Assembly: GCA_044224715.1 (NCBI GenBank)
Contig: JBGAJV010000017.1
Coordinates: 14,415-78,414 of the forward strand
DNA from: Anaerolineales bacterium
Lineage (GTDB): Bacteria; Chloroflexota; Anaerolineae; Anaerolineales; UBA6663
DNA: 64,000 nt
Direction: 5' to 3'
Made by a program: the position numbers and the translations under genes
The notes under the pieces: model-generated
Told to the model about the DNA's origin: nothing
Seen by the model: the letters and a program-made list of their open reading frames with translations, nothing else
Databases searched by the model: none
Shown here: positions 36,737 through 45,681 of the stretch, piece after piece
How the letters are laid out: each line of letters opens with the position of its first letter
Position numbering within the stretch: the first letter of the stretch is position 1

Positions 36737-37177
36737 TTACTTCACAAGCCGAGAGCCGCAGTAGTGGCACACGGTCGGATCGGACGTGCCCCCGTGGGGC
36801 GCCGAAGCGCCGGTCGGGCCGCCACAGTTCGGGCAGCGATCGGGCAGGTCGTAACGCTCGACCGGTTTGGGCTGGGCGGGCGCCTCGCCCGAAGACGTGA
36901 AGGGCGTCGGAGCCCCGACCGGTGTCGAAGATCGCGGCGCCGACGCGAAATCGCGCTGGGGCTCCGGCGCGATGGGCGGCGCGGGCGGGATGGGCACATC
37001 GCCGCTGCGCAGCACGGCGCTGAGCACCATGGTGATTCCGATCAACACAAGGATGCCGGGCCACCAGTTGTGCGAAAAGGCCAGGTAAGCGAGCCCGAGC
37101 ATCCAGATCATGCCCATCAAGGGGCCACCGCTGCGTCGAACGCGAAACGGACGATCCTGCCGAAAACGCCGATTCAT
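36737..37177 (-). CDS. Hypothetical membrane-anchored protein with a C-terminal zinc-ribbon (CPNCGG...CHYCGS)
   Basis: Start at MNRRFRQDRPF with AAGGAA 6 nt upstream (GTG 37195 is an alternative). Two TM helices, a Pro-rich linker and CxxC...CxxC. Confidence 0.55.
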   Translation of the reverse strand: MNRRFRQDRPFRVRRSGGPLMGMIWMLGLAYLAFSHNWWPGILVLIGITMVLSAVLRSGDVPIPPAPPIAPEPQRDFASAPRSSTPVGAPTPFTSSGEAPAQPKPVERYDLPDRCPNCGGPTGASAPHGGTSDPTVCHYCGSRLVK

Positions 37178-37245
37178 GGAAGTTTCCTTAGACACCTAAT
37201 GTACGGACGCCGACCCGTCGGGGTTGCGGGGGCCGGTCACCCCAC

Positions 37246-38424
37246 TCAATCCGCGGCGGCTGAGACCGGCCGGGCCGCGACGACGACGATCGGAAGGGCC
37301 AATGCCAACAGCGCCGCAGCGAGGTCGAGCCCGGCCGAGGCCTGCACGACCGGCCCGAGCCCGATCCGATCGCCCAGCAGCCCGCTCAGCCAGACACCGG
37401 CCGAGCTGATTGCGAACATCGATCCGAGCGCGAGACCCGACGCCAGGCTGCCGCGGCCCGGCATCGCGCGCTGGGCGCTGACCACCAGCAGGCTGTGCGG
37501 GCCGCCGTTTAGGATTCCGGCCAGAAGCGCGACGACATAGATCCACGGCTGCGGCGCAATTGGAAGCCAGAACAACGCCGGCGCGCTGAGGGCCAGCGTG
37601 ATCGCTGTCATCGCTCGGCCACCGATTCGATCGGCCAACCAGCCGCCCACGACGCCGCCAAGCGCGATCCCCAGCATGAATACGCCGACGATAGCGCCAT
37701 AGGTCGAGGGCGTGAGGCCAAGGTCGTGGAAGTACTTGGGCCCGAGGTTTCCGATCGTGGTCTGGGCCCACACACGCAGACCGCCGATGACGACCGAAAG
37801 CACAAGCATCGGCCAGGCGATCGGGCCAGGTTGTGATACCGGCTGTGCGACGTGGTGCGCGGCATGGGCCCGGCGCGAAGGGATCATGGCGAACGCCGCG
37901 ACACCGACGATGGCGACGATCACGACCGGCCCGTACAGCGCCGTCCACCCCCAGTGATCGATCAGATAGCCGCTGATCGCCGGCCCGATCGACAGCCCGA
38001 CCTGACCGAAAAGGAAGAACCAGGACGCGAGCCCGGCCAGCGCGGGGCCGTTGCCTCCGCCGCGCGCGCCGAGGTCAGCGCCGGCCGGATGAAAGGCCGC
38101 CGAGCAGATCGATGCCAGGATCAGGAAGACCAGGGCGAAGCGCCCCGGCGTGCCGAGGAAGAGCGCGAACATCGCCGCCATGGCGACGACGCCGCCGGCG
38201 GCGGCCCAGCGCCCGGGCCGACGATCCGAAAGCCAGCCGAACAACGGTTGCGCGGCAGCACCGGATAGGCCGAAGAGCGTCGCGGTCAGACCGATGTCGG
38301 CGTTGCTGAGCGCCAGTGGACCGCTGAGCGTGGCGAGCAAGACGCCGGTCTGGCTGTTGAGCAGATCGACCGCGAAGTGGCCAAGCAAGACGGCCAGGAA
38401 GGCCGGGTTCTTGAAACGCGCCAT
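37246..38424 (-). CDS. MFS transporter
   Basis: Start trimmed to MARFKNPAFLAVLLGHFAVDLLN. 392 aa, about 12 TM, with WLSDRRPGRW (an MFS loop 2-3-like motif). Confidence 0.85.
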   Translation of the reverse strand: MARFKNPAFLAVLLGHFAVDLLNSQTGVLLATLSGPLALSNADIGLTATLFGLSGAAAQPLFGWLSDRRPGRWAAAGGVVAMAAMFALFLGTPGRFALVFLILASICSAAFHPAGADLGARGGGNGPALAGLASWFFLFGQVGLSIGPAISGYLIDHWGWTALYGPVVIVAIVGVAAFAMIPSRRAHAAHHVAQPVSQPGPIAWPMLVLSVVIGGLRVWAQTTIGNLGPKYFHDLGLTPSTYGAIVGVFMLGIALGGVVGGWLADRIGGRAMTAITLALSAPALFWLPIAPQPWIYVVALLAGILNGGPHSLLVVSAQRAMPGRGSLASGLALGSMFAISSAGVWLSGLLGDRIGLGPVVQASAGLDLAAALLALALPIVVVAARPVSAAAD

Positions 38425-38521
38425 GATGATGACGACGACCGATTGCCTCGGCGCCGGTGGGTCGGATGAAGATCGACGCGTCGGCCCCAAGCACCGACTT
38501 GGGGCCGTGGCGAAACGCCGC

Positions 38522-39445
38522 TCAGCGCAGCAGATCCTTCAGCGCCGAGTCGGCATCCTCGTACTTGAAGCGGAACCCCGATTGTTGCAGACGCCGCGGG
38601 ATCTCGCGCTGACCGTCGACCAGCAGCGTGGCCAGTTCGCCGAAGGCGAGCTTGAAGGCGAAGGCCGGCGCCGGCATGTACGACGGTCGGCGCAGGGCAC
38701 GACCGATCGCCTGGCTGAAGGCCGCGCTGGTGAGCGGCTGGGGCGCGCTCAAGTTGAACGCGCCGCGCTGACCAGGGTGTTCGATCAGGAAGCGGATCGC
38801 GGCGACCTGATCCTCTTCATGGATCCATGGCACGTATTGTTTGCCGCTGCCCAACGGGCCGCCGACGAAGAACCGGAACGGCAGCGTCATGAACGGCAGC
38901 GCGCCGCCCCCGCTGCTCAAGACCACACCCGTGCGAACAATCGCGACGCGCACACCGAGCGCCTCGGCTCCGGCTGCGCTTGCCTCCCACTGCTTGCAGA
39001 CATTTGCCAGGAAGTCGTTGCCGGGCGCGGTGTCTTCGGTCACGATCTCGTCGCCGCGAGGGCCGTAGTACCCGACCGCCGACCCCTGCACCCACACCTC
39101 GGGCCGTTTGGTCGCGGCCTGTAACGCCTGTTGGATCGCCTGGCCGGCGTGCACGCGGCTCTCGAGGATCCGCTGCTTGCGCGCCGCGGTCCAGCGCCCG
39201 GCCACCGGGTTTGCGCCCGCGATGCTCTCACCCGCGAGGTTGATGATGGCGTCGACCTCGTTGATCAGATGGCCCCAGCCGTTCGACGTCCGTCCATCCC
39301 AGCGCACGACATTGGCGCGTGACGGCAGGAACACATTGACGTGTTCGCTGCGCGACAGGATGATCACCTCATGGCCGTCGGCGCACAGGTTGTTGGTCAG
39401 TTCACTTCCGATCAGACCCGTGCCGCCGGTGATAAGCGCGCGCAT
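38522..39445 (-). CDS. YfcH-type epimerase-family protein (SDR39U1; Rossmann domain + DUF1731)
   Basis: Start trimmed to MRALITGGTGLIGSEL. 307 aa; the C-terminal region ...LVDGQREIPRRLQQSGFRFKY is typical of the family. Confidence 0.85.
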   Translation of the reverse strand: MRALITGGTGLIGSELTNNLCADGHEVIILSRSEHVNVFLPSRANVVRWDGRTSNGWGHLINEVDAIINLAGESIAGANPVAGRWTAARKQRILESRVHAGQAIQQALQAATKRPEVWVQGSAVGYYGPRGDEIVTEDTAPGNDFLANVCKQWEASAAGAEALGVRVAIVRTGVVLSSGGGALPFMTLPFRFFVGGPLGSGKQYVPWIHEEDQVAAIRFLIEHPGQRGAFNLSAPQPLTSAAFSQAIGRALRRPSYMPAPAFAFKLAFGELATLLVDGQREIPRRLQQSGFRFKYEDADSALKDLLR

Positions 39446-39633
39446 GGCATTCCTCTTCCCGCCAGAATGATTGCCGCGTGGTCGTGCGGCGATTGGACGG
39501 AATTGTAACGCCGGCCCCAAGAGCGTCGATCCGTACAGGCATTCTGTACAGGCGCATTAATGATCGGCTCACGCAGGGCGCCGTCGCGTCGTGCAGCGTG
39601 CGTTGGGCACCGGCGGGAGCCGCGGTAATCGGT

Positions 39634-41502
39634 TCAGCGCACCGTGATCTCGGCGATCCGCACGCGATCGGGCGCCGCGGCGTCGGCCGCGTTGACGGGC
39701 AGGCGTGTTCCGTCGGGCGACGTCAACCCGACGAGCACCTGATACACGCCTGGCTGTGCGTTGCGCGGGATCTGGAGACCGTGATGATCGACGACAACGG
39801 TGTTCGTCGGCCAGCCGCTGGTCGGCGCGAAACCGTTGGCCGGCGCGCTGTCGTGTTGCGCGATCGGCGCGGTATCGATCGTCGCCGCCAGATGGACGAA
39901 CACTTTGTAGTCCTCGGTCGGCGTGCGCGAGGCCTGCCAGCGTAGCTCGATGGTCACGACGTCGCCGGGCGCCGCGGTGGTCGCGCTGAGCGCGCTGTCG
40001 AGCAGCGCGATCGAATCGCCGAACAGCGCGCCGTTGGCGATCTTTGGGCCGGTCGGCGCCGTGCCGTATTCGGCCAGTCTGACCCCGCCAAACCAGCGCT
40101 CTCCGGTCGGGAAGGCGTTGTCGGCCAGCCAGCGTTCGACCAGCCCGTCGGGGTCGGCCTGTTGTTGCGCCCAATACAACACCCACAGCCGGTCGTGCGC
40201 GGCGCCGAGATCGGCCAGTTGCGCGCGCGTCTGTTCGGGGCCAAGTGGTCGCGTGGTCGGAAGCGGCGTGACGGCCACGTCGCCCGACGCAGCGCCGTAG
40301 TAGTAGCCGAAGGCTTCGATTTGATTGGGCGCGATCACGATGACGGCGTCGGAGGGCGCCTGGTTGGCGCGCAGATAGGCGGCGATGCCGCGGTAATCGT
40401 CGCGGGCGTAGGCTGGATCGAAATACAGATGATTGAGCGAGACGCCCATGGTGATGGCCACGCCGACGAGGAACACCCCGGAGATGGCCGGGTTGATCCA
40501 TCGACGCGCACCCGGCAACTCGCGCGAGTCGAACGCCGCGGCGATCACGAGCGCGAGCGCCGGCACGGCCAGCACCAGGAACTTCGCGAACGTCGGCGTC
40601 AGCAGACCCAGGCTCAGCGTGAGCACGGAGGGCACCAGGAGCCAGACCACGGCCGAGCGCGCCAGCCGGAGGGCCGATGACGTCATCGGGATACTCGAGA
40701 TCACGCCGAACGCGGTCGCCACGCCCAGCGTCGCCACGCCGATCTGGGCCTCGGGTGTCGAGATCGTGCCGCCGAACCCGAGCCAGCGCATCAGATCGAG
40801 CGGCGACGCGCTCCCGTCGTGGCCGGCCGGCCAGCTTGCCAGCTGGCGGATCGCGGTCGGGATCCAGGGCGCGAACAGCAACCCGGCCACGATCATCAGC
40901 GCCAGCTGGGAGAGCGCCAATCGGCGCGCGTCGCCCGGGCCGCGGATCAGCGACCAGACGATCAACAGCACCTGCGCGACGACGACGAAGCCAAAGGCGT
41001 AGTGCGTATACAGACCTGCGGCCAGCGACAGCACGTACCCGACGGCTGCCGCACGGTCCGCCGTCGCTTTCAGCGGCCAGCTGGCATTCTCGAGCCAGTC
41101 GAAACAATAGAATGCGAGCACGGCCCAAAGCGCCACCGGCGCGTACATGCGCGCCTCCTGGCCGTAGTACACCAGGAAGGGATCGAGCGCGACGAAAGCG
41201 CCGGCGACGACGGCCGGGAGCAGGCCGAACCGCCGCCGCGCCAGATCGAAGAGCACGCCGGCCATCACCGCCCCGGCGAGCGCCGAGAAGCCGCGCAACG
41301 CCGCCTCGCTTTCGCCGAAGAGCGTTCGCCAGCCCGACAGCATGACGTAGTAACCCGGCGGGTGGATGTCCGCGGCGGCGGCGAGCCAGATGTCGCCGGG
41401 CGCGCGTCCGGCCAGGACCCGCGAGTTGCCTTCGTCATGCCAGTAGCTCTGCGCGTCGATGCGGAAGAAGCGCAGCGACGCGGCGAAGAGCACGATCACC
41501 AA
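39634..41502 (-). CDS. GT39/ArnT-like (GT-C fold) glycosyltransferase with a C-terminal extracytoplasmic domain
   Basis: 622 aa, ...RFFRIDAQSYWHDEGNS...HPPGYYVMLSGW... plus many TM helices. Only a TTG start is available (41500-41502), and the first TM helix appears clipped. Confidence 0.8.
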   Translation of the reverse strand: MVIVLFAASLRFFRIDAQSYWHDEGNSRVLAGRAPGDIWLAAAADIHPPGYYVMLSGWRTLFGESEAALRGFSALAGAVMAGVLFDLARRRFGLLPAVVAGAFVALDPFLVYYGQEARMYAPVALWAVLAFYCFDWLENASWPLKATADRAAAVGYVLSLAAGLYTHYAFGFVVVAQVLLIVWSLIRGPGDARRLALSQLALMIVAGLLFAPWIPTAIRQLASWPAGHDGSASPLDLMRWLGFGGTISTPEAQIGVATLGVATAFGVISSIPMTSSALRLARSAVVWLLVPSVLTLSLGLLTPTFAKFLVLAVPALALVIAAAFDSRELPGARRWINPAISGVFLVGVAITMGVSLNHLYFDPAYARDDYRGIAAYLRANQAPSDAVIVIAPNQIEAFGYYYGAASGDVAVTPLPTTRPLGPEQTRAQLADLGAAHDRLWVLYWAQQQADPDGLVERWLADNAFPTGERWFGGVRLAEYGTAPTGPKIANGALFGDSIALLDSALSATTAAPGDVVTIELRWQASRTPTEDYKVFVHLAATIDTAPIAQHDSAPANGFAPTSGWPTNTVVVDHHGLQIPRNAQPGVYQVLVGLTSPDGTRLPVNAADAAAPDRVRIAEITVR

Positions 41503-43276
41503 CAGTGCGGGCAGGGCCCAGACCTGTGCCGGCGTCGGCTGCGGGGGGCGTGCTGGGGTGGGAGAGGAAGCGCGCTTTTACATGTGATTTGGATGATACG
41601 GCGGCGCGGCTGACGATCAACAGCGCGAGCAGGGCGCCCGCCAACGCCAGGGGTTGTGGGCCGGCGGCGCGTTCGACGATAACGCCGTCGATGGCCACAT
41701 CGGCGGTCGCGACGATATTCAGGCGATGTCGTTCGACAGACAGACCGTGCGCCAGCGAGATGACTCCCGCTCGATCGACCGTTATCGGCGCCAGTTCGCG
41801 GTCGTCGAGCGTCACGCGCAGCGTGCCGGCCCGACCTGGCTGCACCTCGAGGCCCACACCGGCGCCGACGAAATCGAATCCGAGCGTCGCGTCGTCGGCC
41901 GCCGCGCGCAGTGCCTGGCCAAAGGTGTAGGCGTCGGCGCGCTCGAGGCGCCATCCCGACGACCAATCCAGCGCCCAATGGTCTTCCTGATACCAACCGG
42001 GACCGACGTAACGCGCGCCGGCGATGTAGTCTTTCATCGCCGCGTACACCGGACGCAGCGTGAAGTCGGGATCGGCCATGCGAAAGTAGTACCAGGCCTG
42101 GTCCTTCTCCGCGTCGCTGGCGCGTTTGAAGAACCAGAACATCATGTTGCCGACCCAGGGCCACTCGGTCTGGAGGCGCTCATAGGCCAGCGGCGCATAG
42201 CGAGCCTGTTGCTCCTCCGAAAAGCGCCCGAAGATCGTGGCGACCTCGGGTGGCGCGGCGTTCCAGTTGATCTCGGAGATCCACAGGGCCTTGGCGGCGT
42301 CGCCGTGGCGCACCATCATGTCACGGACCAGCAGGTTGCGCGCGGTGTTGAACTGCAACGGGCGCAGACGTTCGTCGGTCGCGGCGCTGTTGAGGCCATA
42401 GCCCTGCACCGACATGACGTCGAAACAGCCGCCGGCGCCGGCCGCGTACATGCGCTCGAGGAAGATCAGGTCGTTGAAGTCGGTGGCCGCGGGCTGGGCC
42501 GGGTTGGCGAGCCCGAGCGGCAGGGTGGGAGCAAGCGGCGCCGAGAGGACGATGATGTCCGGGTCGACCGTCTTGAGGCGTTTGTAGGCCGCGCACAGCA
42601 GCGCTGTGTAGGCTTCGGGGTCAGCCGGTTGATTGCCCCACTCGGGGTAGATGTTGGGTTCGTTCCAGATCTGGTAAGCCGTGATCCGTCCGCGATAGTG
42701 CTCGGCGACGGCTGCGGCGAAATCCGCGAAGTCTTCAAGCCGATCGGGAGGCGCAAAGGACCCACGCGCCTCGCCGTCGGCGCGCGACCAGGCCGGCGGC
42801 GATGAGAGCCTTGCCACGATGCGCAGACCGCTGGCGTCGGCATCGGTCACGATCTGGTCGTATTTCAACCAGGAGGAGATGCACCCGCCTGTCGCGGCCG
42901 TGTTGCGGCAGTCCGAGAAATCGCCTTTCGCGGCGATCTCGATATCCTGCCACGGGAACTCCTGGCGGATCCAGCCAAAGCCGGCAGCAGCGATCAGGCG
43001 CAATTGCTCGGTGCGCTTCTGCGGCTCGACCTCCTGCTGCAGAAACGTGTTCATGCCGAACGGGTTGACGCCGGTGTGGCGGATGGGGATGTCGGCGCGC
43101 AGGTCGAGCGGCTCGCGCAGCGCCCCGAGGCCGAGGTGGATCAGCGCGCGCACCTGGCTGAGCGGCTCTTCTTCGCCGGTGTGCGCGAAAGCCCAGGCGT
43201 AGAGGGCCTGGCGTTCTCCCACCGCGACGGCCACGAGGAGCACGCAGGCCGCTACACCCCACCACAGGCGACGCAT
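41435..43276 (-). CDS. Membrane-anchored glycoside hydrolase (TIM-barrel, GH5/GH39-like)
   Basis: 613 aa with an N-terminal signal anchor, ...ITAYQIWNEPN... (acid/base NEP motif), ...LWISEINWN... (nucleophile-like Glu) and a C-terminal TM helix. The last ~25 codons overlap the GT39 gene and are doubtful. Confidence 0.75.
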   Translation of the reverse strand: MRRLWWGVAACVLLVAVAVGERQALYAWAFAHTGEEEPLSQVRALIHLGLGALREPLDLRADIPIRHTGVNPFGMNTFLQQEVEPQKRTEQLRLIAAAGFGWIRQEFPWQDIEIAAKGDFSDCRNTAATGGCISSWLKYDQIVTDADASGLRIVARLSSPPAWSRADGEARGSFAPPDRLEDFADFAAAVAEHYRGRITAYQIWNEPNIYPEWGNQPADPEAYTALLCAAYKRLKTVDPDIIVLSAPLAPTLPLGLANPAQPAATDFNDLIFLERMYAAGAGGCFDVMSVQGYGLNSAATDERLRPLQFNTARNLLVRDMMVRHGDAAKALWISEINWNAAPPEVATIFGRFSEEQQARYAPLAYERLQTEWPWVGNMMFWFFKRASDAEKDQAWYYFRMADPDFTLRPVYAAMKDYIAGARYVGPGWYQEDHWALDWSSGWRLERADAYTFGQALRAAADDATLGFDFVGAGVGLEVQPGRAGTLRVTLDDRELAPITVDRAGVISLAHGLSVERHRLNIVATADVAIDGVIVERAAGPQPLALAGALLALLIVSRAAVSSKSHVKARFLSHPSTPPAADAGTGLGPARTVGDRALRRVAALLPHRRAELLA

Positions 43277-43369
43277 GCCGTCATTATAATCAGCCGATTA
43301 GCCGATCGAGAGCGCCGTCTGCAACTGTGACGTCGTCGTGACCGATCTGAGTGACAAGGGAGTAAGGCT

Positions 43370-43828
43370 GTGCGTCGATTACTGGAGTGGTCTCGTTACC
43401 TGGTGGTGGTGCCGGTGGTCGTGCTCGTGCTGGTCACGCTCGCCGGTCTGGGCGCTTTCGCGTGGAGCGCCGTCCCGGTGGTGATCGAGTTGTTCGCCAC
43501 GCAGGGCGACTCCGCGGGCGCCATCGCCCTGCTCGCCTTGCTCGATCGGTTCCTGGTCGCGATCGCGGTCCTGATGTCGGCCGTCGGTTTGTACGAGCTG
43601 TTCGTGGGCGAGTTGAGCCTTCCGGACTTCCTGACGGTGCACACGTTGCATCAACTCAAAGCCCGGTTGGCCGGCGTCATCATCCTGGTGATGGCCGTCA
43701 AGTTCACCGAGAAGCTCGCCGAGTGGAAGGACCCGCTCGACCTGGTGTGGTTTGCGCTCGCGATCGCTTTGGTGTCGGCGGTGCTGATCGCCTTCACGGC
43801 CTTTGACGGCGAACACGACGCGCACTGA
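43370..43828 (+). CDS. YqhA-family (UPF0114) membrane protein
   Basis: 152 aa with a GTG start, ...LDRFLVAIAVLMSAVGLYELFV...LKARLAGVIILVMAVKF... Confidence 0.75.
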   Translation: MRRLLEWSRYLVVVPVVVLVLVTLAGLGAFAWSAVPVVIELFATQGDSAGAIALLALLDRFLVAIAVLMSAVGLYELFVGELSLPDFLTVHTLHQLKARLAGVIILVMAVKFTEKLAEWKDPLDLVWFALAIALVSAVLIAFTAFDGEHDAH

Positions 43829-43836
43829 CCCGACGT

Positions 43837-43868
43837 CACGGCCGAGCGGTCACCTACGCTCGGCCGTG
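43837..43868 (+). terminator. Hairpin after the yqhA-like gene (12-bp stem, no U-tract)
   Basis: CACGGCCGAGCG-gtcaccta-CGCTCGGCCGTG, 9 nt after the stop. Confidence 0.55.
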
Positions 43869-44168
43869 GCGTCGCGCGAGCCGGTCAGACGCCTTCATCC
43901 CACCATAAGAATCGAACCCCGTCCCCAAACCCAGCGACTTGCCGCTGACACTGACGTGAACAGCGCGGACACCGTCACGTCGAGGCTCGCGAGGCCCGCG
44001 ACCGGTTGAGGGCGCCTGCCAAGACGGGTCGACTGGCAGGGCATGTTCGTCGGGCCCGAAACGGCCATCTGTTGACAAAGGCGAGTCGCCTCGCGGACGA
44101 ACGGCAGTTCGGGATGCGAACGCAACCGGCTATACTGTGCCTGCTCCGGGTTCAACCGGAGGCCGCGC

Positions 44169-44498
44169 ATGTACAAGCTGATCCTGATTTTCCGCGAAAG
44201 CGACCCGAACGCCTCGCTCCTGCTGGCCTGGTCCACGCGTTTTGTCCCGCAGGCCGATCGCATGCCCGGTCTGCGGCGTGTGACCGTCAGCCATGTCGAG
44301 GGTGGGCCGACCGGGCCGTCCGACACGCGGCTGATCCACGAACTGTACTTCGACGACCGCGACGCATTGGCGGCCGCCATGAGCTCGCCCGAGGGTGTTG
44401 CCGCCGGCGAGGCCCTCGTGGAGATGCTTGGGCCAAACCCCGGACTCGTGGACATGTTCTTCGCCGAGCATCAGGAGGGAGATCTCAGTGGCCCCTGA
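44169..44498 (+). CDS. EthD-family protein
   Basis: 109 aa, MYKLILIFRES...RVTVSHV...IHELYFDDRDALAAAMSSPEG. GGAGG lies 6 nt upstream. Confidence 0.75.
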   Translation: MYKLILIFRESDPNASLLLAWSTRFVPQADRMPGLRRVTVSHVEGGPTGPSDTRLIHELYFDDRDALAAAMSSPEGVAAGEALVEMLGPNPGLVDMFFAEHQEGDLSGP

Positions 44499-44925
44499 AG
44501 CCGGCCTCATCACCGTCGCCTATGTCAGCACGGCCGCTCACGTGTTGAGCGTCGAAGAGCTGGCCGACATCCTGGCTATCAGCCGTGAGCGCAACGTGCG
44601 CGACGGCATCACCGGCCTGCTGCTATACCACAACGGGAGCATCCTGCAGGTCCTTGAAGGCCCCGAGCCCGAGGTGCGCGCCACCATGGCGCGCATCCAG
44701 CAAGACGCGCGCCACTATCAAATCACCATCCTGCTCGATCAACCGATCGGCGAGCGCGCGTTTGCCGGTTGGGCGATGGGCTTCAAGCACGTCGAGGAGC
44801 TCAGCCCGGAAGACGGCGAACTGATCACCGCGTTTCAATCCGGGCGGCTTCAGGACGTGGGTTTCTTGCGCAATCCGGCCCGGGCCTGGCATATCTTCAA
44901 ACGTTTTGCCGACGCCATGCGGTGA
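44488..44925 (+). CDS. Short BLUF-domain blue-light FAD photoreceptor
   Basis: GTG start preceded by AGGAGGGA (44473-44480). ITVAYVSTA...ERNVRDGITGLLLYHNGSILQVLEG...RHYQI matches the BLUF core (Tyr, Gln, xLEG). Confidence 0.85.
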   Translation: MAPEAGLITVAYVSTAAHVLSVEELADILAISRERNVRDGITGLLLYHNGSILQVLEGPEPEVRATMARIQQDARHYQITILLDQPIGERAFAGWAMGFKHVEELSPEDGELITAFQSGRLQDVGFLRNPARAWHIFKRFADAMR

Positions 44926-44931
44926 ACGTCA

Positions 44932-45681
44932 GTGAAAGTGGCCGCTTCGCCTCAACGTTCCAACTTTGCAACTTCCTTGAAACGCCGGGCGTGGATCCTG
45001 GTGTTGGTTGGGCTCGTTCTGGCCATCGCGGCTGGCGTATGGCTTTGGCCGACGATCGTGACCTGGCCGCGGCGCGCGCGGCTGGGCGAGTTCCTGACCG
45101 CGCCGGCGAGCCACGCCGATTGGGTGCTCCGCGCCGGTTCCCGCTGCGGCGACGCGCCCTTCCAGTTTCCGACCGACGGCTACCTGGGTTTTGGGTATGG
45201 CGACTCGTGGGCGATCGGACATCGTCACACCGGCTTCGACATCTTCTCGCCGGTCGGCCTCGGTCAAACCCCGATCCACGCGGTCTATCCCGGTTATCTC
45301 ACCCGTCGCGCGGATTGGATCAGCACCGTGATCATTCGCGTGCCCGACGATCCGTTGCAGCCAGGCCGGCAGATCTGGGTCTATTACACGCACATGGCGG
45401 ATCCGAATGGGTCGTCGTTCGTCGACGCGGCCTTTCCGCCCGGGACGAGCGACGCCTTTGTCGACGCGGGCACCGTGCTCGGCCGACAGGGGAACTACTC
45501 CGGCGACCCCGGCAACCCGACCGGCGTGCACCTGCACGTCTCGGTTGTGCGTGACGACGGCCAGGGTACCTTCCTCAACGAAACCCGTCTCGAGAACACG
45601 TTGGATCCGTCGCCCTACTTCGGGCTGAAGGCCGGCGTGTACGACGACTGGTCGACGCCGATCACGTGCCGGGCGCCGTAG
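44932..45681 (+). CDS. M23-family metallopeptidase with an N-terminal membrane anchor
   Basis: 249 aa with HTGFDI (HxxxD) and GVHLHVSV (HxH) zinc ligands. GTG start 7 nt after the BLUF stop. Confidence 0.85.
   Translation: MKVAASPQRSNFATSLKRRAWILVLVGLVLAIAAGVWLWPTIVTWPRRARLGEFLTAPASHADWVLRAGSRCGDAPFQFPTDGYLGFGYGDSWAIGHRHTGFDIFSPVGLGQTPIHAVYPGYLTRRADWISTVIIRVPDDPLQPGRQIWVYYTHMADPNGSSFVDAAFPPGTSDAFVDAGTVLGRQGNYSGDPGNPTGVHLHVSVVRDDGQGTFLNETRLENTLDPSPYFGLKAGVYDDWSTPITCRAP

Noticed and set aside
41583-41588. Minimal start-stop ORF ATGTAA in the GT39 frame upstream of its TTG start
   Set aside because: It is a curiosity only, lying inside the hydrolase coding region, and there is nothing to support a regulatory role.
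43895-43930. tRNA-like T-arm string GGGGTTCGATTC on the minus strand (a possible tRNA gene or att-site remnant)
   Set aside because: The flanks do not pair: CGGGG before the loop against CTTAT after it. No acceptor or anticodon arms can be drawn and no integrase is nearby, so it is probably chance or too decayed to call.
44072-44077. Perfect -35 hexamer TTGACA upstream of the EthD-family gene
   Set aside because: No acceptable -10 lies 16-19 nt downstream (the sequence is GGACGA), so I do not call a promoter. TATACT at 44131-44136 lacks a good -35 as well.
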